The notes under the pieces were generated by a model that worked only from the letters and a program-made list of their open reading frames with translations, searched no databases and was not told the origin of the DNA. Shown here piece after piece: positions 51,042 through 63,716 of a DNA stretch of 64,000 nt. A program made the translations under genes and the position numbers. How positions within the stretch are numbered: position 1 is the stretch's first letter; each line of letters begins with the position of its first letter. Source of the stretch: Lingula anatina (Eukaryota; Animalia; Brachiopoda); the NCBI GenBank assembly GCA_051362555.1, contig CM120644.1, forward strand, positions 10,500,567 to 10,564,566, written 5' to 3'.

Positions 51042-52698
51042 TCTTGCCCAAAATGGTTGGTACACGGAAAGTTTGGGATGCATATCACCCTGTTTCTTTC
51101 ATTATTATTGATATTATCAAATTAATACTGCTTATATTGTTAAATATGTGAAGCTGGAGGATTGGTAAAGTCAAGGAGACACAAACAAAGCAAATGTGAA
51201 AAAAGAGTTAATTTATTTAGGTTTTTTTTTTCTCATGCCCCCCAAAAGAGTGCTTTTTTACATAACAGTACCAAGTGAAAAATTAAACATAAATTTATAC
51301 TGTGATTAACAATTAATATGAAATTAGGGGAAATCGTCAAGAAACATCTTCAGAGTTCATTATTAATCTAAATAGCGGGTATGCCCACCCCGAGCTTGGA
51401 TAATGGCCTCCAGACGGCGTGGCATACTGTGAACTAGAGTTACAGCGCTTTGGAGAGGGATTCTGGTCCATCCATCTTGAAATGGCATCTCGCAGTTCAT
51501 CTAGATTTGTAGGGGGAGGGTTTCTCCTCTGAATAGCACAACCAAGTTCGTCCCAAATGTGCTCAATTGGGTTTGTATCTGGGCTTCTTGCTGGCTGTGG
51601 CATCAGCTGAATGTTGTTTTGTCGGATATAGACTGCAATTAAGCAGGCTGTGTGGGGAGTTGGGTTGTCATGTTGCAATCTAAAATTGTCTCTGTATATC
51701 CCTCTTCCGAACGGCTCCAGGTTCTACTGGAGAATGTCTCTGTATCTGGCAGCGTTAAGGTTTTCGTCCAGAGTAAGCAATGGGCAAATACCGTTGCTGA
51801 AAATGGCACCCCAAACATGTACAGAACCACCTCCTCCAGCTATGAGAGTGCGTAGGCACCCTGGGGAGAGGCTATTAACTGAAAATATTCAGGAAACAAT
51901 AGCTGGAGGAGGTGGTTCTGTACATGTTTGGGGTGCCATTTGCAGCAACGGTATTTGCCCATTGCCTCCTTTGGATGAAAACCTTAACGCTGCCAGATAC
52001 AGAGACATTCTCCAGTAGAACCTGGAGCCGTTCGGAAGAGGGATATACAGAGACAATTTTAGATTGCAACATGACAACCCAACTCCCCACAAAGCCCGCT
52101 TAATTGCAGACTATATGCGACAAAACAACATTCAGCTGATGCCACAGCCAGCAAGAAGCCGAGATGCAAACCCAATTGAGCACATGTGGGACGAACTTGG
52201 TCGTGCTATTCAGAGGAGAAACCCTTCCCCTGCAAATCTAGATGAACTGCGAGATGCCCTTGAAGATGAATGGACCAGAATTCCTTTCCAAAAAGGTGTA
52301 ACTCTAGTTCACATTATGTCACGCCGTCTGGCGGCCATTATCCAAGCTCGGGGTGGGCATACCCGCTATTTAGATTAATAATGAACTCTGAAGATGTTTC
52401 TTGACAATTTCCCCTAATTTCATATTAATTGTAAATCACAGTATAAATTTATGTTTAATTTTTCACTTGGTACTGTTATGTAAAAAAAGTACTCTTTTGG
52501 GGGCATAAGAAAAAAAAACCTAAATAAATTAACGCTTTTTTCACATGTGCATTGTTTGTTTCTCCTTGACTTTACCAATCCTCCAGCTTCACATATTTAA
52601 CAATATAAACAGTATTGATTTGATAATATCAATAAAAATGAAAGAAACAGGGCGATATGCATCCCAAACTTTCCGTGTACCAACCATTTTGGGCAAGA

Positions 52699-52701
<3 letters not shown>
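51039..52701. mobile_element. Foldback Tc1 derivative: two 3' halves joined head-to-head, inserted in (TA)n
   Basis: Inverted arms of ~805 bp (51039-51843 and 51899-52701) around a 55-bp spacer. The arms encode GGGSVHVWGAI...QHDNPTPH...PARSPDTNPIEHIWDEL...ARGGHTRY. Outer ends CACTCTTGCCCAAAATGGTTGGTACAC. (TA)n at 50977-51038 and 52702-52761. Confidence 0.92.
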
Positions 52702-52765
<64 letters not shown>

Positions 52766-54644
52766 CGGGGTTATTATAACCGGTATATAGTCATGCAGTT
52801 ATCTGGAAATGATGATATCCCCATCAGTAACAAGTCATTCATAATTGAATTAAACCTTAGCTAATTTGGAGTCTTTTTTATTTCCTACACTTCCCACACC
52901 TGTCTTTTGTCCTCTATCGACGTCTACCGATACACCGAGGACAGCAAGGGAACGTTTGTGCCTGCGTTACAGAACTATAGGCCACGCAAACGGGTGTCAG
53001 TACATCACTCTCCATTTCCTCGATCTCGTCTCTACCAGAGGTCTTCTCTTGGGCACTTTTGCAGTATTTTCCTCGCCCAAAAATCAATGATTTTCTTTTT
53101 TTTAATGTTGTGGTGATTTCGGTAATAACTTTGTTACCTACATGTACAGGTATATGGATTAGTTCGGAAATTCACTTAATCATATTGTTATGTTTTTACA
53201 ATATTTTTTTTCCAGTTCACCCAAATATTATGAGAAGTGGCCATCCTAGGGTGAAAATAAGTTGTTATCTCAATGGTCAAAGAGCATGGAAGTATTGTTT
53301 AAAGATAAAAACTAATAAATCTATCACATAAGCATTGTTAATTGAAAGGGGAAATGTATGATTAAAACAAAAAGGATGAGTATTCTGCGTTTTGGAAACC
53401 TTCCAAGTTTTTTTTTGCAGAGATCCTCTGTATATTTGCCGGATTCATTTCATTTTTAGCTTTATTTTGATGATGCAGTGATGCCACTTGCGACTGTACT
53501 GTGAAATCGTGTCATGTTTCGCACTTGTAATATCACGATTTTCTCTGACTACTACAGAATCAATATAAAATTACAGAAGACGTCCATTACCTACACAAGT
53601 GATTTCCTCACACTGTCACGATTTTCTTATGCAATATTTTTATAGGGAAACCCATTTACTGTCGTAAATGAAGTAATTACTTCCATTTTTATCATCATCG
53701 TGATGGTTTCTATTTCAGGACAACATTTTTTTACAAAAACCTAATCCAGGTAAAACCCCAGGGGCCGGTGTTACGTGGCAGATAGTCCCTCATGACAGAG
53801 AGTCCGTTTCTTATTCATTTCTACAAGTAAGCTTCGCCTTAGATTTTGACCCACTTACATCAGGCTAACCCTATCTACTATTACTAAATGGAGGGAGGAC
53901 CCTCAGTTTAGTTACACTAGTCTGCCTGCGAGCCATTCTGCCCAAAAGAATATGCACCGGGTATAAAATAAAAGGGGCAATATTTATCTCGTGATGACAG
54001 AACACTGCAATTTTCTCCAATTTTTACCTATTTTCGTTTTTTAAGAGGAAGGAAAGAAAATGTCGCAGACGCATCGTTTTATCCTAGACTTAATTTGAGT
54101 CTTAGTGCTGGGTCAATTTAAGTAGACCAAGTGTGGAATTGGGATCTTGATTATGATGGTAAGTTGCGGTTAAGAAACATCGCGCCACATTGTTTTGCTT
54201 TTTGGGGGAACGAGCCAAGTGATATATATCATTGTTCTTCGTCCAATCCAACGAATATCGTATATTTTCGAAGTTGTGGAGGCTTTATGGCATTGTTTGT
54301 TTGACAGTTTATGTACCTAATAGCTCTCGAATGCGCGATGATACATCACTTTCACGAGACACGGATTTAAATGCTTTTCCACTCTATCATGATGACATTG
54401 GAGAATGCAACAATCGAAACATTAGTGGAAAAATAATACCCACGCCCATCTCCTGAAATGAATGTGCTTGCCAATGAGCATTCCGTGACACACGTGTTCT
54501 ACAACTTGACAGGATGTGCCTTTTCGGAACAAGTTTGACTGAAGTACATAGAGCAGTTTTATAATTTCACAGGTGTATATAAGTGCACTTGTTTTGTGCT
54601 TTTACATATGAGCTCAACATTGCCGAGGAAGTTTCAACAAGAAC

Positions 54645-57600
54645 ATGAATTCTAGCCGGGCATTTTTGATAATAATCATGCTATCATCCCCTTTTATCAC
54701 TAAGGCACAGTCGTCCTCATTTACAGACAGGCAAATCTCGGGTTCTCTTCGGCCTCATAGATGGCTCTGTGGAGAAGTTTTGTCGGGCACAAAATTAGGC
54801 TTTAAGATCCACTGCTACTGCGATGACATTTGCCACTTGTTAAATGACTGTTGCTATGGTAACACATTTACAGGGGAGATGTGCGCTGCTTCAGAAGAAT
54901 TGGAACCTGGTGAAGACGTCAACTACACTACGCCATCAGCACCACCTTTAATACATCAGATTTCACGCCAAAATGGCAGTGTTTGGGCGTTTGATCCCCC
55001 TGGTCACGTGTTGGTTGCGAACATCAGTTCCTGCCGAAGTGTTCCGTTCCTCTCTCCATTGACTGCACAAGTACATGATACTGCCTATATGAACCACGGC
55101 TCCAGTGCATGGATGGTGGATTCGTGTCCCTCAGTGTGGCCACAGGACCATCATCGCTCGAGCTGCAAGCATAATTCTGAAGTTTCGTTCGACAAAAACG
55201 TAACATTGTATCAGCCAGTCACTGACCCGGATACCATGTTAACGTACAGAAACAAAGACTGCGCAGTTTGCAACGGCGTTGGAGACCGTGGAGACCCCTG
55301 GCCATTTGAAGCCCAGTGTACTAGCGTACCGATAGAATCATTTCTGACTTGCACTTCATCCAGTTGTGTTTTAAATAAACTAATGGGCTTTGACGGCTGC
55401 AAGGGATCTTTTGAGCCCAAACCAGAATGGCATGTAAGGTTTTGCTTCAGAGATAAAGGAAACGATGACTTTGATCCATGCCCTTATAATCTTGTCAATA
55501 ACACTTTGACGCAGGCCCGTCACCCATATCCTCTAGACACACCTCTGCAAAAGGCCTGCATGTCGTACACCAATCCCGTCATTCGTCCTGATTATACTGA
55601 TTTCATAGAGGTATATAGAAATTACCATTGCATGATTTGTTACACGGGGACGACACACTGTCCAGGTAAGATATGCAACTTTCCCTTATGTTTTATGTTT
55701 TTTTTCTAAGATAAACTGTGTAAATTATAAATATATACCACAGGTGGCACTGAGATTGACATCTTACACAAGACTAGAATTGTCTTCTTTGAATCCTTTG
55801 TAGATACATGTACATATGAAGCAAAAGCAAGCTCACTATACCACATGATGATTATAAAAGCATATTTCATAGGAGCCAGAAATAGAATCCCCTCCTCCTA
55901 GTCCCCCGCAAAAATAACTATTTTTGACAGCAGAAAAAAATGCTTTAAAACGACATCTTCCTCAAAAATCTGGGTCCCCCCCCCCCCCAACGTCCGTTTC
56001 TTTATAGAAAATAAAAAAAAAGAAATACATGTGCAAAGATGACAGTTTCGTTAAATAATGTAACGACACTGTGGTATTTCTTGCATTTGAAGCATTGTGG
56101 TGACCTTTGGTCCGCTCTAGCGACAATGATTTGATATACCGGTACGCGTAGGTATACTATCTTAATAGGTACATGTATACTATCTTATATCTAATTTAAT
56201 GAAAATCGATTTTAAAATTGAAGAGGAATATATTTGGATACCAAGCTACCGTTGTAATACAACTTAAGATTCCTGCAGCAGTAAGCCCGATTTCCATTAA
56301 GGGTAAGTTTAGTGTGACGTACACAGTATGTAACAATGGGGTTAGGGCGTGCATGGCAGGTCGCGACATTACGTAGCACTTGGGGTGTGCCTTTTTTTTC
56401 AAAATTTGGGATCATGTAACAAAACAGCCATAGACTTTGTATTTCGGACAGCTCCCTGATTTGACCTCCATTTGTCTTGTATTCCAAATTCCCGTGTTAC
56501 AAAGCAATTATAATACTTTGTGTTTCGGTCATCTCGACAAATTATCGACCCTCAGCTCATACGAAATCGTGAGCATGCGCAGTTCGCGCCATTTTGTGCG
56601 GGACTGTTTCTCAGGGGGAAAGAGTAGAAGGGGCCTTCGGTACTTTTGTAGTATACCCCCCCCCCCCCCACCCTGTAACTTTCTGTAACTTTCACTTTTC
56701 AAACAGTTTTTTACATTTTATTGTTTATCTATGTCAAAGCTGTTGAAATAAAATGCTTTTGTAATTACCTGTGGACTTTTTATTAGTGTTAATCACGTTT
56801 AATCCAGCCCATTGAAATACAAAGTTAGAATCTTCAATTTACACTCGCAGTCAATAACTTGCCGCATTTTCGTTGGCTAACCCTAAGGTAATTTTATGTG
56901 AACAAGTAGCTCATAATAATTTCACAGAGGAAATCCAAGTATACAATGTATCAATCCTATGTTCACATAAAATAAGGTAGAGTTAGCCAACGAAAACGCA
57001 GCAAGCTGCGGTTACATTGTAAATTTTCACATTGTATTTCAATGGGGTGGATTAAACGTGATTAAAACTAATAAAAAGACCAAAGGTAATTACAAAAACA
57101 TTTTATTTCAACAGCTTTGACATAGGTGCAAAAGACACTGTAAAAAAATGTTTGAAAAATGAAAGTTTCAGGAAGTTACAGGGTGGGGGGTATACTACAA
57201 AAGTACCGAATGTCCTATCTTTGCTGTCGATGAGGTACGTTTTTAGTTCTTTCATTGAAAAGTCATCAGGTACTTCTGCTAAATTTCTATTCCAACTGCT
57301 CCCATGAATGTGTCTTCGAAAAAAATCAGGTGTTAACATGCTACGAAACTTTGAAAATTCAGATTGAAATGAGCACTCCTCGATATGGCGTCCGTCGTGT
57401 ACACTCCACACTTTCCCCCTGAAACTTCAAATCCCGCAAAATCTCGCGTTCCCACGGATAATTTAGCGGAAGTCACGTGACCGTGGAAAAGACTCTATTT
57501 GTCGAGTTGTCATAATAATAATAATAATAATTATTATTATTATATAAATGTTAATAATTATTTTCCTTCCTTCTTTTATTTTTGTGTATTTATCTATTTA

Positions 57601-59919
57601 TATATTGTATTCCAGACGACCCAGGGGATGGGCTACAAAACCCTTACGGGAGACTGTTGGGTCTTTCTTTCAGAGCGCTGTTGAATTTTCAGGATCTAAA
57701 TGTAGATTCCAATCCAAGCGTGGACGATGAGTTACAGGTAAAAGTATTTTTTTTTTTAATTATAACGTGTTTTTGAGACAGCGTACACTTCATACACACA
57801 CGTTTATTACTAAAAAATCATTTTTTTCTTAAACATGCAAGTCGATAGATGATTTTGCATCAAAATGCTCATGTATTTCTTTGAAGGACACGATGTAATT
57901 TTTAAATAACCGAGCCTCAGTTATTCTTATCATAGTTTTGTAACAATCAATCCATTATAATACCAAAGTGCATTCCCCACTATAGATGCTTATAAATATG
58001 TAACCAATGTTATAAATCAGAGAGTCCCGCGTAACAGAAGGGGTCCTTTTTATTTTATGTTATGTTATTTTATTTAGTATTTCAGACGATTGCTACGGAC
58101 CCGTAGTTTCGTTTCTGAAATAACGAATTCGGGGTTCTGAAACATGGCCGTTGGGTATGATAAAAAAGGGTCCCCCGGACCCTGTATTTTACCGGCCCCC
58201 GATTTCATAACTCTAAATTTCAGAACTATGAGTCTGGAGAAAAGACGAGGTACTTCTTTCAAGACAGAAAGTCCACCAGACTTTCAATTTTTAAACACCC
58301 GGTCCAACAGACCCTAGAAAGATAGGACTCACTGTTGTTTAATATGGGAAATATTTAAGCGTTATGGTGCATTGATTGTTTTTAAAAATGGCCGTCTGAC
58401 TAAAATGTTCCCTTAAGTTATAACGTCCCATTTCCATAGATTTTTAGATCGATCTATCCCTGAAGGGAATCTCACTGGATTACTGTCAGCTTGACCGGCT
58501 TAAGCGTCTGTCCCGCCTACTAAAAGCTGTAAGGGGGTAATTAACAATGGTGCCCGCTCGGCTGACTGCAATTTAGCGTGAACCCCCAGGGAGTTAGGTC
58601 GATCTAAAGATTAAGATCTTAATATCTGGGAAAGCATCCTAATAAGACGCATTGTACAGGTTTCAGTGACAGTTGTTCTATACTGATCGCATATTTCGGT
58701 AGGAACAAAGTGAACAAAGACCGGTAGATCGTTCGAGTAATGTTGGTGCCATCATGGACGAAAACTACTAAGAAATCCTGGCCTCGAGTGCAAGTCAGTT
58801 CTGTTTCTAAAAAAAACTGCTGTAATGCGATTGCCAATAGGCGGAAACGTTTGAATATGTTGCCTTTTTATCTGTTTCTTGGGACTTCCATATAAAAAAA
58901 GAGTTACAAAAACCAAATTAGAAATTACCAAAAAAATGTAAGGCTGTAGCTGTGGCAGAGATTGAAAGGTAACTATTTTATTAATGTTACATACTGAATA
59001 TTTGCATTTCCTAGAAATTTGCTTGTTCATGGAAATGTTCCCATCTATAAAAACAACACGATATTTATTTGTATGTATAGAAATGAAAACGATACAAGTC
59101 CAAAATATTAGCTTTAATTGTCTTTTTGCATATACATGTTTCAAAAACCGGGCCATATATTTTTTATTTGAATAGATTCCGACTACTTTATCTTGGGCCA
59201 AAATTTGCCAAAATGTTGGTATGAAAGGTCAGGGCCACATTTACACACGTACATTTGGTTTGTGCAACGGATAACTCTTACCTAGTTCCGACCTGTAGTT
59301 ATTTGGGTTTACCTTAATAATTGCCTTTTTCTCTCTAATGTATTTGCAGCACTCAAATCAGCAGGAAATCTGTCCTCCTGGTTATGTAAAAGACGGAAAA
59401 GACTGCCAGGCTATACTGTACAACATAACGACGATCATACAAGATGTTATAGTAGAGTTTGAGGCCATAAACTGGCGTCCGACAAAAGACTCTGAATGTA
59501 TCAAACTTCGGTTTAATGAACGGTTGGTGCACGTGTTAGACAAGGCACGCGCACGGCTCTATCGGTGCAGAGCGAAGAAAGATTTGTTAACGGGCAACGT
59601 AACATTTGTTCTCACCGCGTCACTTCAACTGAGGGAACTTTTCTCCGACTACAGTCAAGTTCTTAAATTCGTCCCTTGTGTGCAGGCCGACATTGAGCGT
59701 GCTTTGACTAACATGACGTTTCTTCTTGAAGGAAAACCGATACAGATACGTGCAAGATATAACAAAACTTGTGTTTCTGATGTTACCCCTGTACCACGGC
59801 CGAAAAGTCCTGAAATGACCACTTTTGACAGCTCCGCTAAGATTAATCACAGCAAATCTGATATATTTAAGAAGATGGTGTTGGTCTTGGCTTTGTTATC
59901 ATCCATATCGTTCTTCTGA
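54645..59919 (+). CDS. Somatomedin-B-like Cys-rich cell-surface protein, paralogue 2 (~570 aa)
   Basis: Exons 54645-55665, 57616-57737 and 59350-59919, with the same phases as paralogue 1 and identical exon 2/3 lengths; intact frame; C-terminus MVLVLALLSSISFF. Confidence 0.87.
56630..57216. mobile_element. Near-palindromic MITE/foldback element in intron 1 of paralogue 2 (unclassified)
   Basis: Arms of ~250 bp beginning GGGGCCTTCGGTACTTTTGTAGTATACCCCCC; the reverse complement ends GGGGGGTATACTACAAAAGTACCGAATGTCCT. The core is also partly self-complementary (TTTTATGTGAACA / TGTTCACATAAAA). Confidence 0.75.
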
Positions 59920-60279
59920 ACCTCAGACACTGAGACTATATACTGAACGTGAAATTGACGAAAGTGTATAATACAAATATTTTAAAACACAAAGATCCCT
60001 TTATTAACTACCCCCTTAGAATTATCCAACTCTGCCGGGACTCTCACTGGGTGCAATCAGCTTAAAAGATTAATTAACACACCATTTTCTGGTGTTAAGT
60101 AGAATACTGAAAAGCTGGTGATTGTACAGGTACTGCCATTTAGTACTCGTACAATCACTGCAGAGTCGGATCAATCTAAGTAGACTGAAGGTGTCAGTTT
60201 TAATGGGGTCGTGATTATGATGACAAACTTCGAAACAACAGGCCTCATTGTTTTGCTTTCTGAGGGAACGAGCAAATTA

Positions 60280-60470
60280 CGAAGTTGTGAACGTTTAATA
60301 ATGTTTCTTACCAGTTTACCTAGAAGCTCTCGAATGGGCGTTGATGATCACTTTCACGAGAAACACAGTATTGTGTTTTTGAGTTTCGAAGTTGTGAACG
60401 TTTAATGATGTTTCTTACCAGTTTACCTAAAAGCTCTCGAATGGGCGTTGATGATCACTTTCACGAGAAA
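60280..60470. repeat. ~84-bp direct duplication in the upstream region of paralogue 3
   Basis: CGAAGTTGTGAACGTTTAAT...GATCACTTTCACGAGAAA at 60280-60363 and 60387-60470. Confidence 0.9.
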
Positions 60471-60725
60471 AGGGCTTTACATGCTTTTTTGACTCAAGCA
60501 TGATGAAATTGGAGAATGCCACAATCGAAACATTAGCGGAAAATAATACCTACGTCTATTTCCTGGTATCAATGTGTTCTTCAAGGGGCTTTTCCGGAAC
60601 ATGTTTGACTGAAGTACATGTAGCAGTTTCATAATTTCACAAGTGTATTTAAGTCTCCTTGCTATTGATATTTTTTACAAATGAACTGATCTTTGCCGTA
60701 GATAGAAGCTCGACGTTCCAAGATC

Positions 60726-61737
60726 ATGAATACTTACTGTGTACAGGTATTTTGGGTCATTATGCTGTCTATTCCTTCTATTGCTAAGGCGCAGTCGCCT
60801 GCATATTTAGACGGGCGACCCTCGGGTTCTCTACGGCCTAATAAATGGTACTGTGGACAGAATTTGTCTGGCAAAAAAATCGGCTTTCAGGTCCACTGCT
60901 ACTGCGATGACATTTGTCACCTGTTGAATGATTGTTGCTATGGTAATGTATTTACTGGGGAGATGTGTGCTACCTCGGAAGAACTTAAACATGGTAAAGA
61001 CGTCAACGCCACAACGCCATCAGCTTCTCGTACCCAACATCAGATTTCACGCCAGAATGACAGTGTTTGGGCGCTTGATCCCCCTGACCACATGTTGGTT
61101 GCAAACATCAGCTCCTGTCGAAGTGTTCCGTTTGTCACTGCAGAGCTCCTGCACGAAGTTGCCTTTGAGCACCACGGCTTCAGTGTATGGATGGTGGATT
61201 CGTGTCCCTCACTGTGGCCACAGGACCATCATCGCTCGAGCTGCATGCATAATTCTGAAGTTTCGTTCGACGAAAACGTAACATTGTATCAGCCAGTCAC
61301 TGACCCCGAAACCACGATAACGTACAGAAACAAAGACTGCGCAATTTGTAACGGCGCAGTAGATATTGGAGACCCCTGGCAATTTCAAGTTCAGTGCATT
61401 AGCGTACCGATAGAAACATTTCTGACTTGCTCTTCATCCAGCTGTGTTTTAAAGAAACTTATGGGCATTAATAGGTGTAGGGGATTTTTTAAACCAAAAC
61501 CAGAGTGGCATCTAAGGTTTTGCTTCAAAGATGGATTAAACGATAACTTTCCTCCGTGCCGTTATAATCTTGTCAATGACACTTTGGCGCCAGAACGTTC
61601 TCCATATCCTCCACAGACACCTCTTCGAAAAGCCTGCATGACGTACACAAATCCCGTCATTCGTGGTCATGATACTGATTCCATGTTTAGAAATTACCAC
61701 TGCATGATTTGCTACACAGGGACGAGACGCTGTCCAG
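60726..61737 (+). CDS. Somatomedin-B-like Cys-rich protein, paralogue 3, exon 1 (remaining exons presumably beyond the window)
   Basis: Same signal peptide and motifs as paralogues 1 and 2, and the same phase-1 donor TGTCCAG|gtaagat. Confidence 0.85.
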
Positions 61738-61935
61738 GTAAGATATAAAACATTGTCTTACAAGCATGTTTGAAGAGCACGTGTAGTTTACAGAGAGTGA
61801 ACCCCACTTGTAAGTTTCACGGACATACCCACAGGTGTCATATTTTTTAATAAACACCTCCTAATGATCGGGCAAACCCCATGGGTATTTCCGTGAAACT
61901 CGAGAGTTGGGGCTCGCACATGCATCGTGCTTATA

Positions 61936-63323
61936 CACACACTGGACAAAAGAAGTGTCACCCCCTAACTAAGAGTAATAAAAGTAGGCCGATCTTGGGT
62001 ACTTATAATGCCTGGTCTACTTATAATGTGACTAATGAGTATAAAACCGCTATACCATGGAATTGTATTGTTGGTCTTGTACATGTACAGCAAATGTTAT
62101 TCCTGTCTTCCTCCAATATGACAAGATACAGGCAATTATATAACGGTTATAGGTGCAAGTTATTAACCTGAAGAGGCGGAATATAAGCAATGTCAGAATA
62201 TCGATACAATTAAATTGTTCAGTCAGAACCGTGCAGAGGGTCTGATCTCGGTATAGAAACACTGGATCAAGAGACAAATTGCCTCTGATGGGTCGTCCAA
62301 GAAAAAATACTGGCCGTGAAGACCGACGACTGATTTTGATGTCCAGGTTGTCAAAGTTCGACACTGCTTGTCAGTTGACAACACAGTGGAACAATTTCAC
62401 ACATAAGAATGTGTCTGTGAAAATTGCTAGGCGTCGGTTACATGTTCAGAGAGTGTACAGCAGGGTAGCAAGATTGAAACCTCTTATATCGTTACAAAAC
62501 AGGCAACGTAGAGTAAACTAGGGTCAACAGGATCTGGAACTGGACAGTTCATGACAATTAGTCCTATATATATTTTTCTGATTAGTGTCGCTTTGGCCTG
62601 ACCTCTGATGACAGACGGGTACTATGCTGGCAAACTGCTGGTAAAGCATTTGAACCACATGCACTTAATTTTCGAACCCGGAGCAGCATATTCGTCATGG
62701 TGTGGGGCTGCATCAGCATCCATGGCTTGGGCGAATTGATAGTGGTTGATGGAAACATGAATCACTAGAAATATATCGATGTTTTGGAGTCAGGCTTGCT
62801 ACCATCTATTACTAACATGTTTGGTGACAGGAATTATCCATTTGTTCACCAGGATGACAATGCTCCTTGTCACAGGCCCAGAGCAGTTGATGATTGGTTT
62901 GACCAACAGGACATTCGCAGGGTGATGTGGCCTGCCCAGAGTCCGGATGCAAACATAATAGAAAATGTGTGGAATGATATGTCAAAACTTTTTACAAATG
63001 CCCGTCTAACCAGCAGAGAAACTCTGTTATATTCAGTGTTTCATGCTTGGGCCAGCATTAGCCCTGAACGCATCAGACAATTATATGAAATCTTGCTTCG
63101 TAGACTGGCACCTATTATTAGGTCACGTGGCTATGCCACTAAGTACTAATTTTGGACTTGAAACTGCATATTTTGGTAGAGTGTATATTTTGTTCTCATT
63201 TTGTGATTTTTTTGTGAAATTTGATGTTAATAAAATGATACCAGGAGCATATCATTCCGCAGTCATTTATCTCCCCCATAGTATTGGCTCAGTAGGGGTG
63301 ACACTTCTTTTGTCCAGTGTGTG
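61936..63323 (+). mobile_element. Decayed Tc1 (DD34E) transposon in intron 1 of paralogue 3
   Basis: TIR CACACACTGGACAAAAGAAGTGTCACCCC with TA TSD. Transposase remnants GRPRKNT.REDRRL, VMVWGCI, HQDDNAPCH, WPAQSPDANIIENVW, SRGYATKY, interrupted by stops and frameshifts. Confidence 0.92.
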
Positions 63324-63679
63324 TATATAAGGTTGTCCCACCTTCAGTATCATGTGCTTTTATTCATAAATGATCACATCATAGGTGAAGATTGTTATAA
63401 ATAGTGATTTTCATTCCAAATACCATAACTAACATGATTAGTCAGACAGAAAACACAAACTAGCAGTGAAGATATCAATATTTAATACACTGTAAAAACA
63501 GTGTTTAGCTCCGAGACACATTTCTAAGCGCCGGTTTTGTCTCATTTTTTCCACGCGTTTAACACCTAAGCACGTTTAGCCTATTAACATGTTACACGCT
63601 TTGACGTGCTTGACGCCTAATATATGTAGGGTGTATTTGTTTAACTTTAAGGTTGTAACGTTTTCAACTGTTTCAGTCA

Positions 63680-63716
<37 letters not shown>

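Noticed and set aside
58752-59201. 149-aa minus-strand ORF in intron 2 of paralogue 2
   Set aside because: AT-rich, no motif; probably part of an unclassified insertion.
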